A stretch of DNA of 64,000 bases from Camelus dromedarius. Taxonomy: Eukaryota. The position numbers were made by a program, and so were the translations under genes. Below the pieces are notes generated by a model. That model ran no database searches and was not told where the DNA came from. It was given only the letters and a program-made list of their open reading frames with translations. The stretch spans positions 108,626,001 to 108,690,000 of the forward strand of contig NC_087437.1 of the NCBI RefSeq assembly GCF_036321535.1, in the 5' to 3' direction. The stretch's first letter is position 1. Each line of letters starts with the position of its first letter. Below are positions 26,585 to 39,060 of the stretch, one piece after another.

Positions 26585-26722
26585 ACAGAAGCTTTTTTAA
26601 AATTTCCGATTCCCAGACCACACCTGACACACCCATTAAATCACAATCTGTGTGCCTAGAAGCAGGCATTGGTATTTTTAAAAAGGAATTTCATTATGTA
26701 CTCAAGGCTGCAAATGACTGAC
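26585..26722. mobile_element. MER5-like hAT MITE fragment
   Basis: ccgattcccagacc...attaaatcacaatct...ggcattggtatttttaaaa. Confidence 0.5.
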
Positions 26723-28039
26723 ATAAACTCTGATTCTCCTCTTTGCCCGAGAAAATTGTGCACTTTACTCCATCTTAGACCAAAAAAAAAAAAAAAAAAA
26801 AGAATAAAAACCCACCCTCCATTACTGAGACGCTGGAGTATTGTCTCCCCTTGGCTGAGAACCATTCATCTCCTTCTGCATTGTGTTCCCAACTGGCAGC
26901 CACAAAAATGATAAAATCCTCCCAAGGGGTGGGGTCAGTAAGAGAAGTTGAGTGTTCTGTCTCCTCTTCCAAAGAGATTCCTTTTATGACACTCTACTTG
27001 ACATCAGCTTATAAAAGTTAATGCTTAGAAGACAGGCACAAGTACTTTAATGAAAATCTCAGTTTGGGATCAGGCAGGGTCAAAGTTGGGAAACCCTGCC
27101 TTCGCGTCTTCTGCTGCTGGATCTTTCGGTGCCTGGGTTTACCATGAGTCAGTCACCTGGTCGCTTTACGTAACAGGAGGAGGATGAGCCGAATCCACTG
27201 TGCCCAAGTCCCCGGAACCCCCACAGGCATGGGGGATGAGACGAAGCCGGGAAACGCTCGGGGAGTGCACGGTCTGTCCCGCGGATGGTCCTCTGTGCCC
27301 CTGTTCTTTCTTGCGGTCGCAAGAAGCAGTCTCACAGGCTGTCTCGAGTCGTGAGTACTTGTTAGATGGATACTTGGGGCAGTAAGAGAAATGGGAATTC
27401 CAGGCTACGAGATGGTCCCACTCAGCAACAGCTGTTCCTTGAACCTGTGTGGCTGGGGTGACCTGGCTATTCCTCCTGTGTCAGTTTCTACCTTCTCCGC
27501 TCTCTTCCCGGTCAACCCTGCGTCTTTTCTCTGCCTCACTATGTCTGTTCACTCCAGAATACAGCTTCCCATGCCTTGCCGTGAACCTTGCTGCTTCTTA
27601 TCTCTCTCTGAGTCTTTTCAGCCTTTGCTCCCAAAGCCCAGGCAAGTCAGCATCTCTCGTGCAGCACCGAGGCATCTGCATCTCTTCAAGCTCCCCCGAG
27701 GAGTCCAGCGCCCAGCCAAGGTGAAGAACCACAGCACCAAAGAGCAAGGGGATGGGTGAGGCGAACTGGATTTATGGCTACAGCTTAAGCCCAAAATAAA
27801 GAAAACTCAAAGAAAGTTTCTCAAAATGCCTGAGAATGCTGCTCTCCTTGCATTTTTGTTTTAACTCGAAGTCTCATTTTTCTTTCTATGGAGTACAGAT
27901 TTATTCACCTGTATGTTAGTATTTTAACAGTGCTGTATTTGAAGGGAAGCGAAAACTGCCTTAGGAAGTGTGGTCTCAGTGCAATCACTTTCTGGAGGAA
28001 CCGTTAGTCAGGAGGTTGGTGCTCGCTGATGAGCCAAGA

Positions 28040-28054
28040 CTGCCATCTAGTGGT
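28040..28054 (-). promoter_or_regulatory. CTCF core motif
   Basis: The minus strand reads ACCACTAGATGGCAG, matching the CCASYAGRKGGCRS consensus, in apparently unique sequence. Confidence 0.7.
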
Positions 28055-28397
28055 GACTACCACTAAATTGCACAGGCGAGGTTTCTCAGCTTTTACCAAA
28101 GCTCTTGAGGAAGTGGCTGGTCAGTTTCAGTAACTCATCTGCCTAAAACAAAATGCACCTGCCGGTAAAAGTAGCATTGTCGTTTTCAAGCTGTGTATGC
28201 AAATCTCTCCAGGATAAATGACTGATACTGAATTGAACTTATAAAAGAAAACCAACCCCTTGATTCTGTCAAATAAGAGTTTTTGTTTATTTTTTAGTGA
28301 ATTGAGAAGTTATATGACTAATAAGATGAAAGAATTGGTTGTTATGAAATGGTTTATATAGATCCAAAGTGAAATGGCTAGCGATAAAACCTTAGCT

Positions 28398-28857
28398 TGT
28401 AGTGTGGGTTGAATGGTGGCCCCCAGAAAGATACGTCCACATCTTAACCCTCAGAGCTTGGGAATGTTTTCTTATTTCAAAGAAAAGGTCTCTGCAGATG
28501 TAATTAAGTTAGGATCCCCAGATGAGATCATCCTGAATTATCCAGGCGGGCCCTAAATCCTATGAGAAGTGACCTTATGAGATACACGCAGAAAAGAGAA
28601 GAAGACACGGGGAGGCAGAGATTGGCATTAATAAAGCCACAAGCCACAAACACCCGAAGCCACCAGAAGCTGGAAGAGGCAAGGAAGGAGTCTCCACTAG
28701 AGCCTTTAGAGGGAGCGTGGCCCTGCTGACACCCTGACTTCAGACTTCCAGTCTCCAGAGCTGTGAGAGAAAAAAAAAAAAAAAAAAAAAAACCTCTGTT
28801 GTTTTAAGACACCCAATTTGGGGTCATCTGTTTCAGCAGCCACCAGAGACAGAAACA
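28398..28857 (+). mobile_element. MaLR LTR (MLT1C/D-like)
   Basis: gggttgaatggtggcccccagaaagatacgtccac...ggagcgtggccctgctgacacc...ttgttttaagacaccc. Confidence 0.92.
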
Positions 28858-31800
28858 GTTACTTTTCCTTCCTTCTCTGCATCCTTCTTCAGGAAACAAA
28901 ATTAGCCTGTTTGGAAATGACCTGGGTGCCTAAAGCTCTTTTTGTTTGGTTTGGTTTGTTTGTTTGTTTGTTTGTTTACACGGGAGAGAGCATGAGCTTG
29001 ACATGGAGACACCACTCCAGGTGAATTACTTACCTTTTGGCCAAAATTAAATACAATTGGGAGGGGCTTAATGATTTACTCCAACAGAAGTCAAGGCCAA
29101 AAGAGTCAAACAGAGAATAAACCTCCTGTGAACATTTGCCCAGTTGGATTGGAGACCTCTCACCCAAGCCTGGAACTGGCTGCTAGAAAGAGCCACCTAA
29201 AGCTTTTTCTTAAATACAATGCAAGTAAGTTTATTAGCCTACAGTATTATAGGATGCTATCCAATCGGTAACATAGATACTTCACTGCTAGCCATTATTT
29301 CCAAAAGTATTCTGGATATCAAAATTTTCATTCCAGAAGTTTTTCACTAAAAACACCGAACCTGAAAGATACATCAACTAAAATTCTCCTTTCTAAGATA
29401 GAAAGTGAAGCACTAAGAGTTTTGCCTAAATATGGGTGTGTGTAACAGAATAACTCACATGTCAGGTCCAGCTGGGACAATGTTGTAAATTCAGCAGGAA
29501 TGTGCACAAACTGCCCATCCTGTGAGGTATTTGGAAGATATGTGAACACAGAAAACAACGTCAATACAATTGAACGAGGACATTAATAAAACTGTCGTTC
29601 AGAACGGCAGACAATCTTGTAACTAAATATTTGGGAGTCTGGGGGAAGGAAATGTACAAATAATCAAAGGCAGCAAATTCCCTTAAGGAAATGTGGTCTC
29701 CACATTACAGGTTTGATTTTGCTGAATAATGCATGAAGATGTCTGTTTTAAATTATTCGTTGACTACAGAGCTGACGAGTAACCACTGAGGAACTGTGGG
29801 ATTAGCCGCGAAGAACCTCTGTCTGATGTCTGACTCGATGAAGGCTGCTGTTCCTCTAGGGAATCAGAGGTTCCAGGTAATGTAAGACTCAAGTAAGAAG
29901 TGTAGATTCTGTGGTCTGCTCACAAGATGGTTCCATTAAATGTGCTGACGGACTTCTGGAACCCAAGGGTCTGCTAATAGGTGCCATTGAAGTCCACACC
30001 TGGTTCTGCATCACTTTGATGTGTCAGAGTTTAAGTTTTGCCATTTTTCTTAATAAGTCTATCCAAACATAACACTACATAAAATATTAAATTACCTTAT
30101 AGGCTCCTTTGAGCATTTCTGGCAAAGAATGAACACTGTCCCCAGGAGACAAGAGTTCTATCCTTGTTGAATTCATTCCATTATTCTTCATCTAGGTTGC
30201 TTTCAAAATGCTTAGATACTCTGAGAAGGAAGGAAGAGAGCAGGAGAGTTACCCTGATAATGATGGGTGACTTTTATGGATCCGCAATAAGTATCAATTG
30301 ATTAGATGAGCACTCTACAGTTCAGAATGGTTGAGGAAATTCCATCACATCATATAAGAAGTAATAATAAGTAAAGTCATTCTCTCCCTGGTTGTGATGG
30401 CAAAACACTGCCTAATAAGAACTTCAAATAAAAGTTTTTTCTCATCAACTAAACATTGGCCAAGAGCCTCCCCTCTCCAGTTCCAATGGACTCAGCTGGA
30501 AGTTTGTAAAAGACAGCACCATGTCTCTTCATCTTTATACCTGCAACACCTACCATGGGATCTTCCCCTAATAAAGCACTCAGTGTTTACTGAATGAGCA
30601 GGTGAAAGGTATAGAAAATGAAAGTGAAGGATTTGGAGAAAAACAATATAAAACATTTCAGCAGTATTTTCCATTTCCATATGGAAGTATCAATCATTTA
30701 TAAACATCCCAAATCAGGCTATTTCGGAAAATACATTAAAAGTAGCCCAATATTCAGGAAATACAAATTGAATATGGGACCTATTTGGGGGAACTTAGAT
30801 CAAGAAGGAAATCTGATTCAGGATTTTATAATGTTAAGGTATGTGACCAAAATTAATTACCCTAAAGTGATGTTGAAAGTTTGGTCGAAATGTGATGAAA
30901 ATACAACAAACCTAAGTTAGGAAGTGATTGGTAGTTTGTTTAAAGGTCTATTGGTGGTTCCTTCTGGTATAAACGCTAATATTAAAGGCTCTTGCATATA
31001 AACTTTAGACAAAGTTTTAAGTGATTTTTTCCCTAGGGTCACTCTTTTGTTTATTTATATTTTTGGTTTACCCTGAGTTTTGCTGGTGGCCCCTGAGTAT
31101 TCCCTAGGCTACTGGTTGGTCCTTCTGAAGTTTCTAGGATGAAAAAAGTGTCTTTTTCCCAGTAGAGCTGAGGAGCTGGTAAACTGCCTTAGAAGTCGAG
31201 GTAGTTTTGTTTTATGCACTCCTTGCAGAAATCATCAACAAAAATCTGTGGACGCTAACTCTTCGCCAAGGCCAGTGTCATCCTTATTGTCAAATGCACA
31301 CGGTGCCCCTGAACCGAGGGGCACAGGAAGGACAGGAGGTGAGCGAGTGATAGTGTCAGGCCCGGGGGTCAGTTAGGAAGAGGCTTTCAAGATGAGTTTT
31401 AAGAAGAAAAAGAAGAACTTAGAGACTTAAAAATCCAATTCTGAATATTAAAGAGCCTGGGAAAAATAACTTGGGTGAGAGCTAAAAGCTTGAAATAGAT
31501 GCAAGAAAACAAAACCTAACTTCGTAATAGTGAAGAAAGCTGGCTGATGTAAAGTAAAAGGTGATGGGTGGAAGATAAAAAGGCACTGCCTGGTAGTCAA
31601 GATAAAAATGAGGAATTCTGTGATGTGGGGGTGCAGAAGGAGCTGCTAAAAGACTCTGAGGAGTCTTTGGAACTGACGTAGACAGCCAAGATTTCTGTTG
31701 ATTTCTATCTGCAGGGCTGAGCTGACTGATGCCCATCAAACATTTCCCAATCCCCATTCTTCACTAACTTTCAATCCTTTGATTTATGGCTGGAGTACCA

Positions 31801-32058
31801 TGAACCCTGCCTCCTCTTAGGCTCTGTTTTTGCCAACAACTAGTCCAGAGGATCCCTCAGCAAAGAAAGTGAGACTGTTTTGCTGGAAACCATCTTGAGT
31901 GTTCCAAAACCATCCTTCTGCTCTCCTTGCCTAACGCTGCCTCCCCCTCACTCACCAAGCAGCAGCTGCCCACTGCCAGAGCTTCTCTGCACACACAATA
32001 TCGAGCATGTAAACCTCAGGGTGGGGGTTTGAGTTGGGTGTTTAAAACCACAGTCTCA

Positions 32059-32220
32059 GGGGGAGGGTAGAGCTCAGTGGTACAGCACATGCCCAGCATG
32101 CACAAGGTCCTGGGTTCAATCCCCAGCACCTCCGTCAATAAGACGAGTAAATAAGTAAACCTAATTAATTCCCCCTGCAAAAAGAAATTTAAAAATAAAT
32201 GGATAAAATAAAAAATAAAA
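32059..32220 (+). mobile_element. tRNA-derived SINE, camelid Vic-1 type
   Basis: gggggagggtagagctcagtgg (A box)...ggttcaatccc (B box)...aagtaaacctaatta and an A-rich tail. TSD taaaaccac(ag/tt)tctca at 32043-32058 and 32221-32236. Confidence 0.9.
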
Positions 32221-32299
32221 TAAAACCACTTTCTCAATGCCTCATACCCTTTCTGGATGAAATCCCCAATCGTAATATAAACAGAATACTCAGCCCTAC

Positions 32300-32470
32300 T
32301 TTTTTCACCTGGCAGCTCTGTGACCAAGGGCAATGCAACTGACCTCGCCAGGCCTCAGTTTCCTCATTCTCAAAGTGAGGGTGATAAAGGTGCCCACTCC
32401 GCAGAGTTGCTGTGGAAATAAAGTGAGACGTTGTAAGTTCAGCAGTTGCTTATAGTTAGACACGATGCAA
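32300..32470 (+). mobile_element. MIR SINE
   Basis: gctctgtgaccaagggcaa...gcctcagtttcctcattctcaaagtgagggtgataa. Confidence 0.8.
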
Positions 32471-33010
32471 ATAACTGGATAGATGCGACCAGCAATTTTT
32501 ACTCCTTTATTTTGATTACTCTGTTTATCAGCAGTAAATTTTGGAACTTTGGAGCATCTGTGAAAACAAAACATGGGGTCTGTGATCATTTATCCTTTTG
32601 ATCCCTACTCTTTGCCTTTAGAGAGGCCTGGGCAGGAAAAAGAAAAGACAGTGGCAGAGCACCAGCCAACAGAGGACTAACAGCAGTAGTGATGGTGGTC
32701 GGAGTAGGAAACGTGCCATTAGCAGCAAAAGCGGCCATCATTGTAACAGCTAATCTGCTGCAGATGGCTTTGCACCAGGGACAGTGCTAAGGACACAGAT
32801 CTCCATCACATCTCTCATTGGCACAAATCTTACAGCTAGAGGTATGGCCAGGCCTGGAGCAGTCCTATCTCCTCCATGAAAAGGCTGCCTTGTCTCTCAT
32901 CCAATGAGTTGAGATGCCTGTGCTTTTCTTGAGGATCTTTAAGATTCTCTGCCTACCTCCTGGACCCCCTAACTTGAGTGCCCTCCTACGATTATAAACA
33001 AACACTGAAC

Positions 33011-33249
33011 TAGTGGTTTTCAAACTGCATTATGCCCAGCAGTAAGAGTTCCAAATTCCATGGTCCTTCCCAAGAAATGGAAGAGAAGGTGGCATGGCCA
33101 AGAACCTGGGTTCCAAGACCCAGATCCCTTCCTTCAGAGTAATTCTGTTTTGATCTGTTTTCTGCATTGACCTCCCTCCACCCCTGACCTCATTCATAAA
33201 ACTTTTTAGACAAAAGTTCATAGTTTTCAAAAAACTGTGAAAGCCACTA
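33011..33249. mobile_element. hAT-Charlie MITE with 8-bp TSD
   Basis: TIR-like ends tagtggttttcaaact...gtgaaagccacta. TSD cactgaac (33003-33010) and cactaaac (33250-33257). Confidence 0.75.
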
Positions 33250-34257
33250 CACTAAACTTGGTCTCCTTCCATAAAATGACCATTCTAAGTTCTCTTCAGT
33301 ATTTGAATAACCAAATCAGTGTTTAATTCTTGAAAGTTTGAAAAGCCCTATGAGATTTTCAAAAATGTTTTTTACGTGAGTAGAAAACATCATTTTTTAC
33401 GTATCATCTCATTTCTAGTTCTGTATCTATCGTTATACAAAACTGTCCTTATAGCTTGATTTTGACCAGGGATAAAGTTTGGCATGCCCAAATTTGGAAT
33501 ATTCTTTTGTGAGTCTCCTTTTTTTTGTGGTTTAATGATGGGAAAGCCTAGTTTCCATCAAATAACCAGATACGAATTTTTTATTTCTCCAAGTAAGAGT
33601 GTTTTCCAGGAACACTTGAGTTGAGCAGTATATACTCTGAGATTCACATTATAACTTTGCCAATTCTGTTTTATGCATATCATGCTGTAGTTTATGTACA
33701 GTGGTATTTTCCAAGACGGGGAAACTCCTCATGGTTGTATTCATTGGTCCCGACCTACAACTGGTTGGAAATCAAAACAGTGTCACCACATTTGAGTTAT
33801 CTGCCTCTTGCTTTCCAGCGGTCTCCTTTGTTTAAAGCAGTGGCACTTTTATAAACACCAGACTTACTCATCTTATGCTTACGTACGTGTGAAATTCTCA
33901 AACTACACAATCTTGGATTGCTCAGTGTTGTGACAGACAATCCAATCCAACCACTAAAAAGTCTGGTTAAGACAAAGCCATAATATAATCTTTTTCTTTT
34001 AAGATTTGGTGGAGGCAGAGAGAGAGAGGACGTGGAAGACTTTTGTTCAGGAGTTATGCAGACCTCACCCTGTGTGTCTCTTCGTTTGGCTGGTTCTGCT
34101 CTGTACCCTTTACAGTAAAACTGACAAAAATGTTCTGAGCACATGGGGTACATTCTAAACATTCATTAATCAACTGCACAGATGAAGCATGGTACTAGCA
34201 GGAAATATTAGGTTTCTTTAAAGAAATCTGATCAGAGTTTTTAGCTAGTTCTCTTAG

Positions 34258-34758
34258 TGTATCAGCCAAGATTCTCCAAAGGAACAGAATAAATTGTGTG
34301 TGTGTGTGTGCGTGTGTGTGTGTGCGTGTGTGTGTGTGTGTAGAGAGAGAGAGAGATTTATTTTCAGGAATTGACTCATGCAATGATGGAGGCTGGAAAG
34401 TCTGAAATATATAGGGCAAGCCAGCAGGCTGGAAATTTAGCTAAGAGTTGACAGCGTTAGTTTTGAGTCCAAAATAGGGCAGGCCAGACTGACTGGAAAC
34501 TTTGGTAGGATTTCTGTGTTACAGTCTTGAGTTAAAATCCCCTTCTCCAGGAAACTTCAGTCTTTGTTCTTAATGACTTCAACTGATTGGATATGGCCCA
34601 CCCGTAATATTGAAGGTAATCTGCTTTACTCAAAGTCTACTGACTATAAATGTTAATCACATCTAAAAAATACTTCTTGGCAACATCTAGACTGGTGTTT
34701 TACCAGACAATTGGGGACCGTAGCCTAGCCAAGTGGACACACAGGATTAACAATCACA
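34258..34758 (-). mobile_element. MLT2 (ERVL) LTR with (TG)n(AG)n
   Basis: gattctccaaaggaacagaa...ggaattgactcatgcaat...ctagccaagtggacacacaggattaacaatcaca. Confidence 0.9.
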
Positions 34759-36649
34759 CACTTTATTCTCTTTTCTGCTTTCTACAGCTGTGAGTCAGCT
34801 AATATCAGAAAAATTTTTGACACAGAGCTGCTTACACAGTACTCCTGTGGCCTTAACTGAAGCTATCAGGACATTAAGATGAAAAGTTGTCCTTATTGGT
34901 ATGGATTTTTCTCTCTTGCTATTTGTTGCTGTGGGTCATGGGGCCAGTCTTGACCATTAAAGCAGTAAGGTACTAGCAAGAGAAGAGACAAACCAATAGA
35001 AGAGACTAGAAAGGCTCAAAATAAACTCAAATTGACCACAAAAATATATCAATTTGTACTCTGTGCTAAAGAGCTCATGGCACTTGATTGACTAGTAGAT
35101 CATAAACCAAGAATCCTATCTAAACATTTTCTCACTAAGAACACTTAATGATCAGGAGTTGGAGAGATACTGAAAGAATGATTCTGCTACCTCACTCAAC
35201 TATGACCACATTGCTTGAGCACAGCTCCTTCATCTGTACACACTTAACAAGGGAAGAGGTGGAGAGATAACCAACATGCAGCAATTGCCGATCATGCCAC
35301 ATGCCCTAGTCTAGGTACGTTACACACTGTATGAGCTTCATGTTTCTCAAGGTACTCTGTGTATTTAATGATCACCAGGGTTGGGGCCCAGGTTAATCTG
35401 TGTTTTCAACAAAATTTATTCTTGGTCCCAGTGCTGTAAAATGATTGTCCTTGTTCTCGTCTTGCAAAAGCAAGAAACTGAAGTATCAAGAAATTAAACA
35501 ATTTGTCAGGACACCCAAACGACACAAGGTAGAGCTATACGTTTAGTCACAAGGAAGTTGGCCTCAAAGTCAACTTCATCACTAGGCAATGCCACAGGCC
35601 AATGAAACTCCATTTGCACTCTGTGCCTGCGATCGTAGCTTCAGTGGCACATCCATGGCAGCTCCAGCTGCCCGGTATCCTTTTCCCTTTCCATCACCTG
35701 CCTCTAGTCCCCAGCATCACATAGCCTCTTGAATTGTACTACTGATTATTATATAATGGAATTTTGCGCAGGAGCTTGAGCAAAAAGACAAACTCACGAG
35801 TTCCAAATCCTATTTCCTAGTTATCTCTAACCAAGCCTTTACAAAGGAAAAAAAATGTTAGGAAATTACAACTAGCCATTTCTAATCAACAAAACTTGTG
35901 AGGAATTTGTAGGCTTCCATTAGCTGAGTTGCTTCTGAAACAAAACACGGTCTTGAGTCCCTGAATCTTTCAGCTGGGTAGTGAATGTCTCCATGGACAA
36001 TTCTGGGTGACTTTACATTGTTTTACTTAAAAATTCTGCTTCCTTACCTCTGAAAATAGTGTGTTTATAGGCGTGGCATGCTTTACAAGTGTACAACTGT
36101 GGAAAATGACATGATGCTGAAACAAGCAAAACCTTTGACAGAAAGTTGAAATTGAGGTTATCCAAGAACTCAGCCAGTACATAGTGTTTCTGCCTACTCT
36201 GAACCTTCAGCAGTTTTATGGGCTCCTTTCCCACTTTTTTTTTTTTTTTTTTTGAGTACACACATCAGTATGTACTGTGGCATAGTGTCTGTTTTCCAAA
36301 AATCCACAAACATGAGTCAGCTGTTTGACTGTTATCTACAAATTTGGTAAAGTACTATATTCATGGACTCCAAGTACGTTTTCCAGGAATTACATCTCTG
36401 TGCCTCCACAATGACTGTCCCGATCAGTGGTTGATGCTCTGAAGTATTCTGTGTTTACTTTCTAAGGGCAAAGTTGTCAGGATAGATAATTATGGGTTCT
36501 TGTTTATTCCGAATGACTGTATAATGCAATGCTTTAATACATTAAATATTCTAGGTAATGTAAACTGTCACATATCATCATATGTAATATGGCTGTAACT
36601 TAAGAATATCCTTTTAACTCTGTAAGCTTGGTAGAAATCCAGTAGGAGC

Positions 36650-37095
36650 CAGTAATGGGTTGGATTGTTTAGCCTCAAGAAAGTTATGCTGACCTCCTAA
36701 CTCCCAGTAACTCAGAATGAATGTGACTTTATTTAGAAACAGGGTCATTGAAGATGTAATTAGTTAAGATGAGGTCACATTGGAGTAGGGTGGAACTCTG
36801 GTTGTACTGGTGTACTTATAAAAAAGAGAAACTCAGACACAGACATGCACGGACAGAAGATTGCACAAAGAGACACATGAGGGGAAAGGTGGCCATTAGA
36901 AGATGGAAGCAAAAGTTCAAATTGTGTTGCCACAACCCAGAGAATGCCTGAGACCATGGGAGGCTAGGAAGAGATGAGGGAGGATCCTCCTGCAGATGGT
37001 TCAGGAGGAGTATGACCGTGTCAACACCTGGACTGGAGACTTCTCCAGAACTATGACACAATACATTTCTGTTGTTCTAGGCCACCCAGCTGGTA
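36650..37095 (+). mobile_element. MaLR LTR (MLT1B/C-like)
   Basis: gaatgtgactttatttagaaacagggtcattgaagatgtaattagttaagatgaggtca...catttctgttgttctaggccaccc. Confidence 0.88.
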
Positions 37096-37164
37096 TTTGC
37101 AGCTGTGACTGATAAAATAAATGGGAGAGGAAGCCAGAACTAAACTCAGGTCCCTGCTTAAGTA

Positions 37165-37490
37165 AACTTATCCAGCTCAGGGCTCTAAATGTCATTTGCA
37201 TCACAAGCCTCCCAAAGATATTATCTGTAATCATGACCTCTCCCTGAGCTCTAGAATCATATCTCCAACTGCTGCCTGGATAGATATATAATGGCATCTC
37301 AAAACTAGCATGACCAAAGCAGGACATTGAATTCAATGCCCACTCAAAGTTTCCCTAGTCCACTCTGTCTGAGTGAATGACATCACCATCTACTAAGTTA
37401 TTCAAGCTGAAACCAAAAATCTTCCTTCTTCCCAGCCACCATACTCAATACATCTGTGTGCCCTCTACCTTCAAAATACATTCCAGGTCA
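37165..37490 (+). mobile_element. LINE-2 remnant
   Basis: gacctctccctgagctctaga...ggcatctcaaaactagcatgaccaaa...ctctaccttcaaaatacatt. Confidence 0.7.
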
Positions 37491-37564
37491 GTTTCCTGGG
37501 AGACGTACTCTGAGATGTAGATTTGTAATAAAAGAATGAGAAGAATTATTAAAAAAAAAAAAAA

Positions 37565-39060
37565 GAATTTGAAATGCTATTGGGAATTTGATAGGGACTG
37601 CATCGAAAGTGTAGACCTCTTTGGGTAGCATGGATAACCATATTAGGTCTTCCAATCAATGAACATAGGATGTCTTTCCATTTATTTGTATCTTTAATTT
37701 CTTTCAGTAATGTTTTATATTTTTATGATGTTTTTATATTTTTCAGTGTGTAAGTTTTTACCTCCTTGGTTGTATTTACTTCTACATATTTTATTATTTT
37801 GATGCTGTTGTACTTGGTATCATTTTCCTAATTTCCCTTTTGGATTATTCATTGTTAATGTATAAAAACACAACTGCTTTTTCTTTGTTGACTTTGTATC
37901 CTATAACTTTAATATTGTATTAGTTATAATTAGAATTCTTTTATTAGTTATCTCAGTTTTTTGGTGGACTCTTAGTGTTTTCTACACATAAGACCATACC
38001 ATCTACAAACAGATAATTTTACTTCTTTTTTCTGATTTGCTTGACTTTTGTCCATTTTTCTTGTCTAATTGTTCTGGTTGGGGTTTCCAGTAATATGTTG
38101 AATTGAAGTGGTGAAAGCAGTCATCCTTGGCTTGTTCCTGAGCTTGAAGGGCAAGCTTTCAGTCTTGAACCATTGAGTATGATGCTTACTGTGGGTTTTT
38201 CATATATGGCTTTTATCATATTGAGGTAGGGTTCCTCTATTCCTACTTTGTGAAATATTATTCTCATTAAAAAGTGTTGAATTTTGTCAGATGCTTTTTC
38301 TACTTCAATTAAGATGATAACATAGTTTTCTTCCCTAATTCTCTTAATGTGGTGTATGACATTTATCGATATCCATATGTTGAATCATCTTTGCATCCAA
38401 GGAGTAAATCCCACTTGGCCCTGGTGTGTGATCTTTCTTATGTGGTGTTAAATTGGTTTGTTAGTATTTTGTTGAGGATTTTTGTATCAGTGTTCATAAG
38501 GGATATTACTCTGTAGTTTTCTTTTCCTGAAGTGTTTTTTTCTGGCTTTGGTATCAGAGTAAAACTGGTCTCATAGAATGGGTTAAGAAGTGTTCCTTCC
38601 TCTTCAACTTTTTTGGAAGAGCTTGAGAAGAACTGATGTTAATTCTTCTTTAAATATTTGGTAAAATTCACCAGTGAGGCTATCAGATCCAAAGCTTTTC
38701 TTTGTTGGAAGGCTTTTGATTACTCTTTCACTCTCCGTACTAGTTATAGATCTATTCAGGTTTTCTATTTCTTCATGATTCATTCTTGATAGGTTTTGTG
38801 TTTCTAAGAATTTGTCCATTTCATCTAGGTTATCTGATTTGTTGGCATGGGGTTAGTTGTTCAATAAGTTACGCTTTTTGGTGTTATTGTAAATTGAATT
38901 GCTTTTATTTCACTTTCCAATTTTTTACTGCTATTATGTAAAATAAAATTGATTTGCTAATATTAACCTTGTATCCTGTGAACTTGATAAAGTCACTTAT
39001 GTATTCTAATATTTAGTTTATAGATTCCTTAAGATTATCTCTGTAAACAATATTTTTTCC
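37565..39060 (-). mobile_element. L1 ORF2 (RT region) fragments
   Basis: ORF 38604..38819(-) reads [29 protein letters not shown]...[21 protein letters not shown], which is L1 ORF2. Confidence 0.93.

Noticed and set aside
29328..29564. LRR-like look of HIPAEFTTLSQLDL
   Set aside because: It is a single partial motif with no LxxN continuation and no neighbouring LRR exons.
32059..32135. tRNA-like sequence with A and B boxes
   Set aside because: It continues into a SINE body with an A-rich tail and TSDs, so it is a SINE head and not a tRNA gene.
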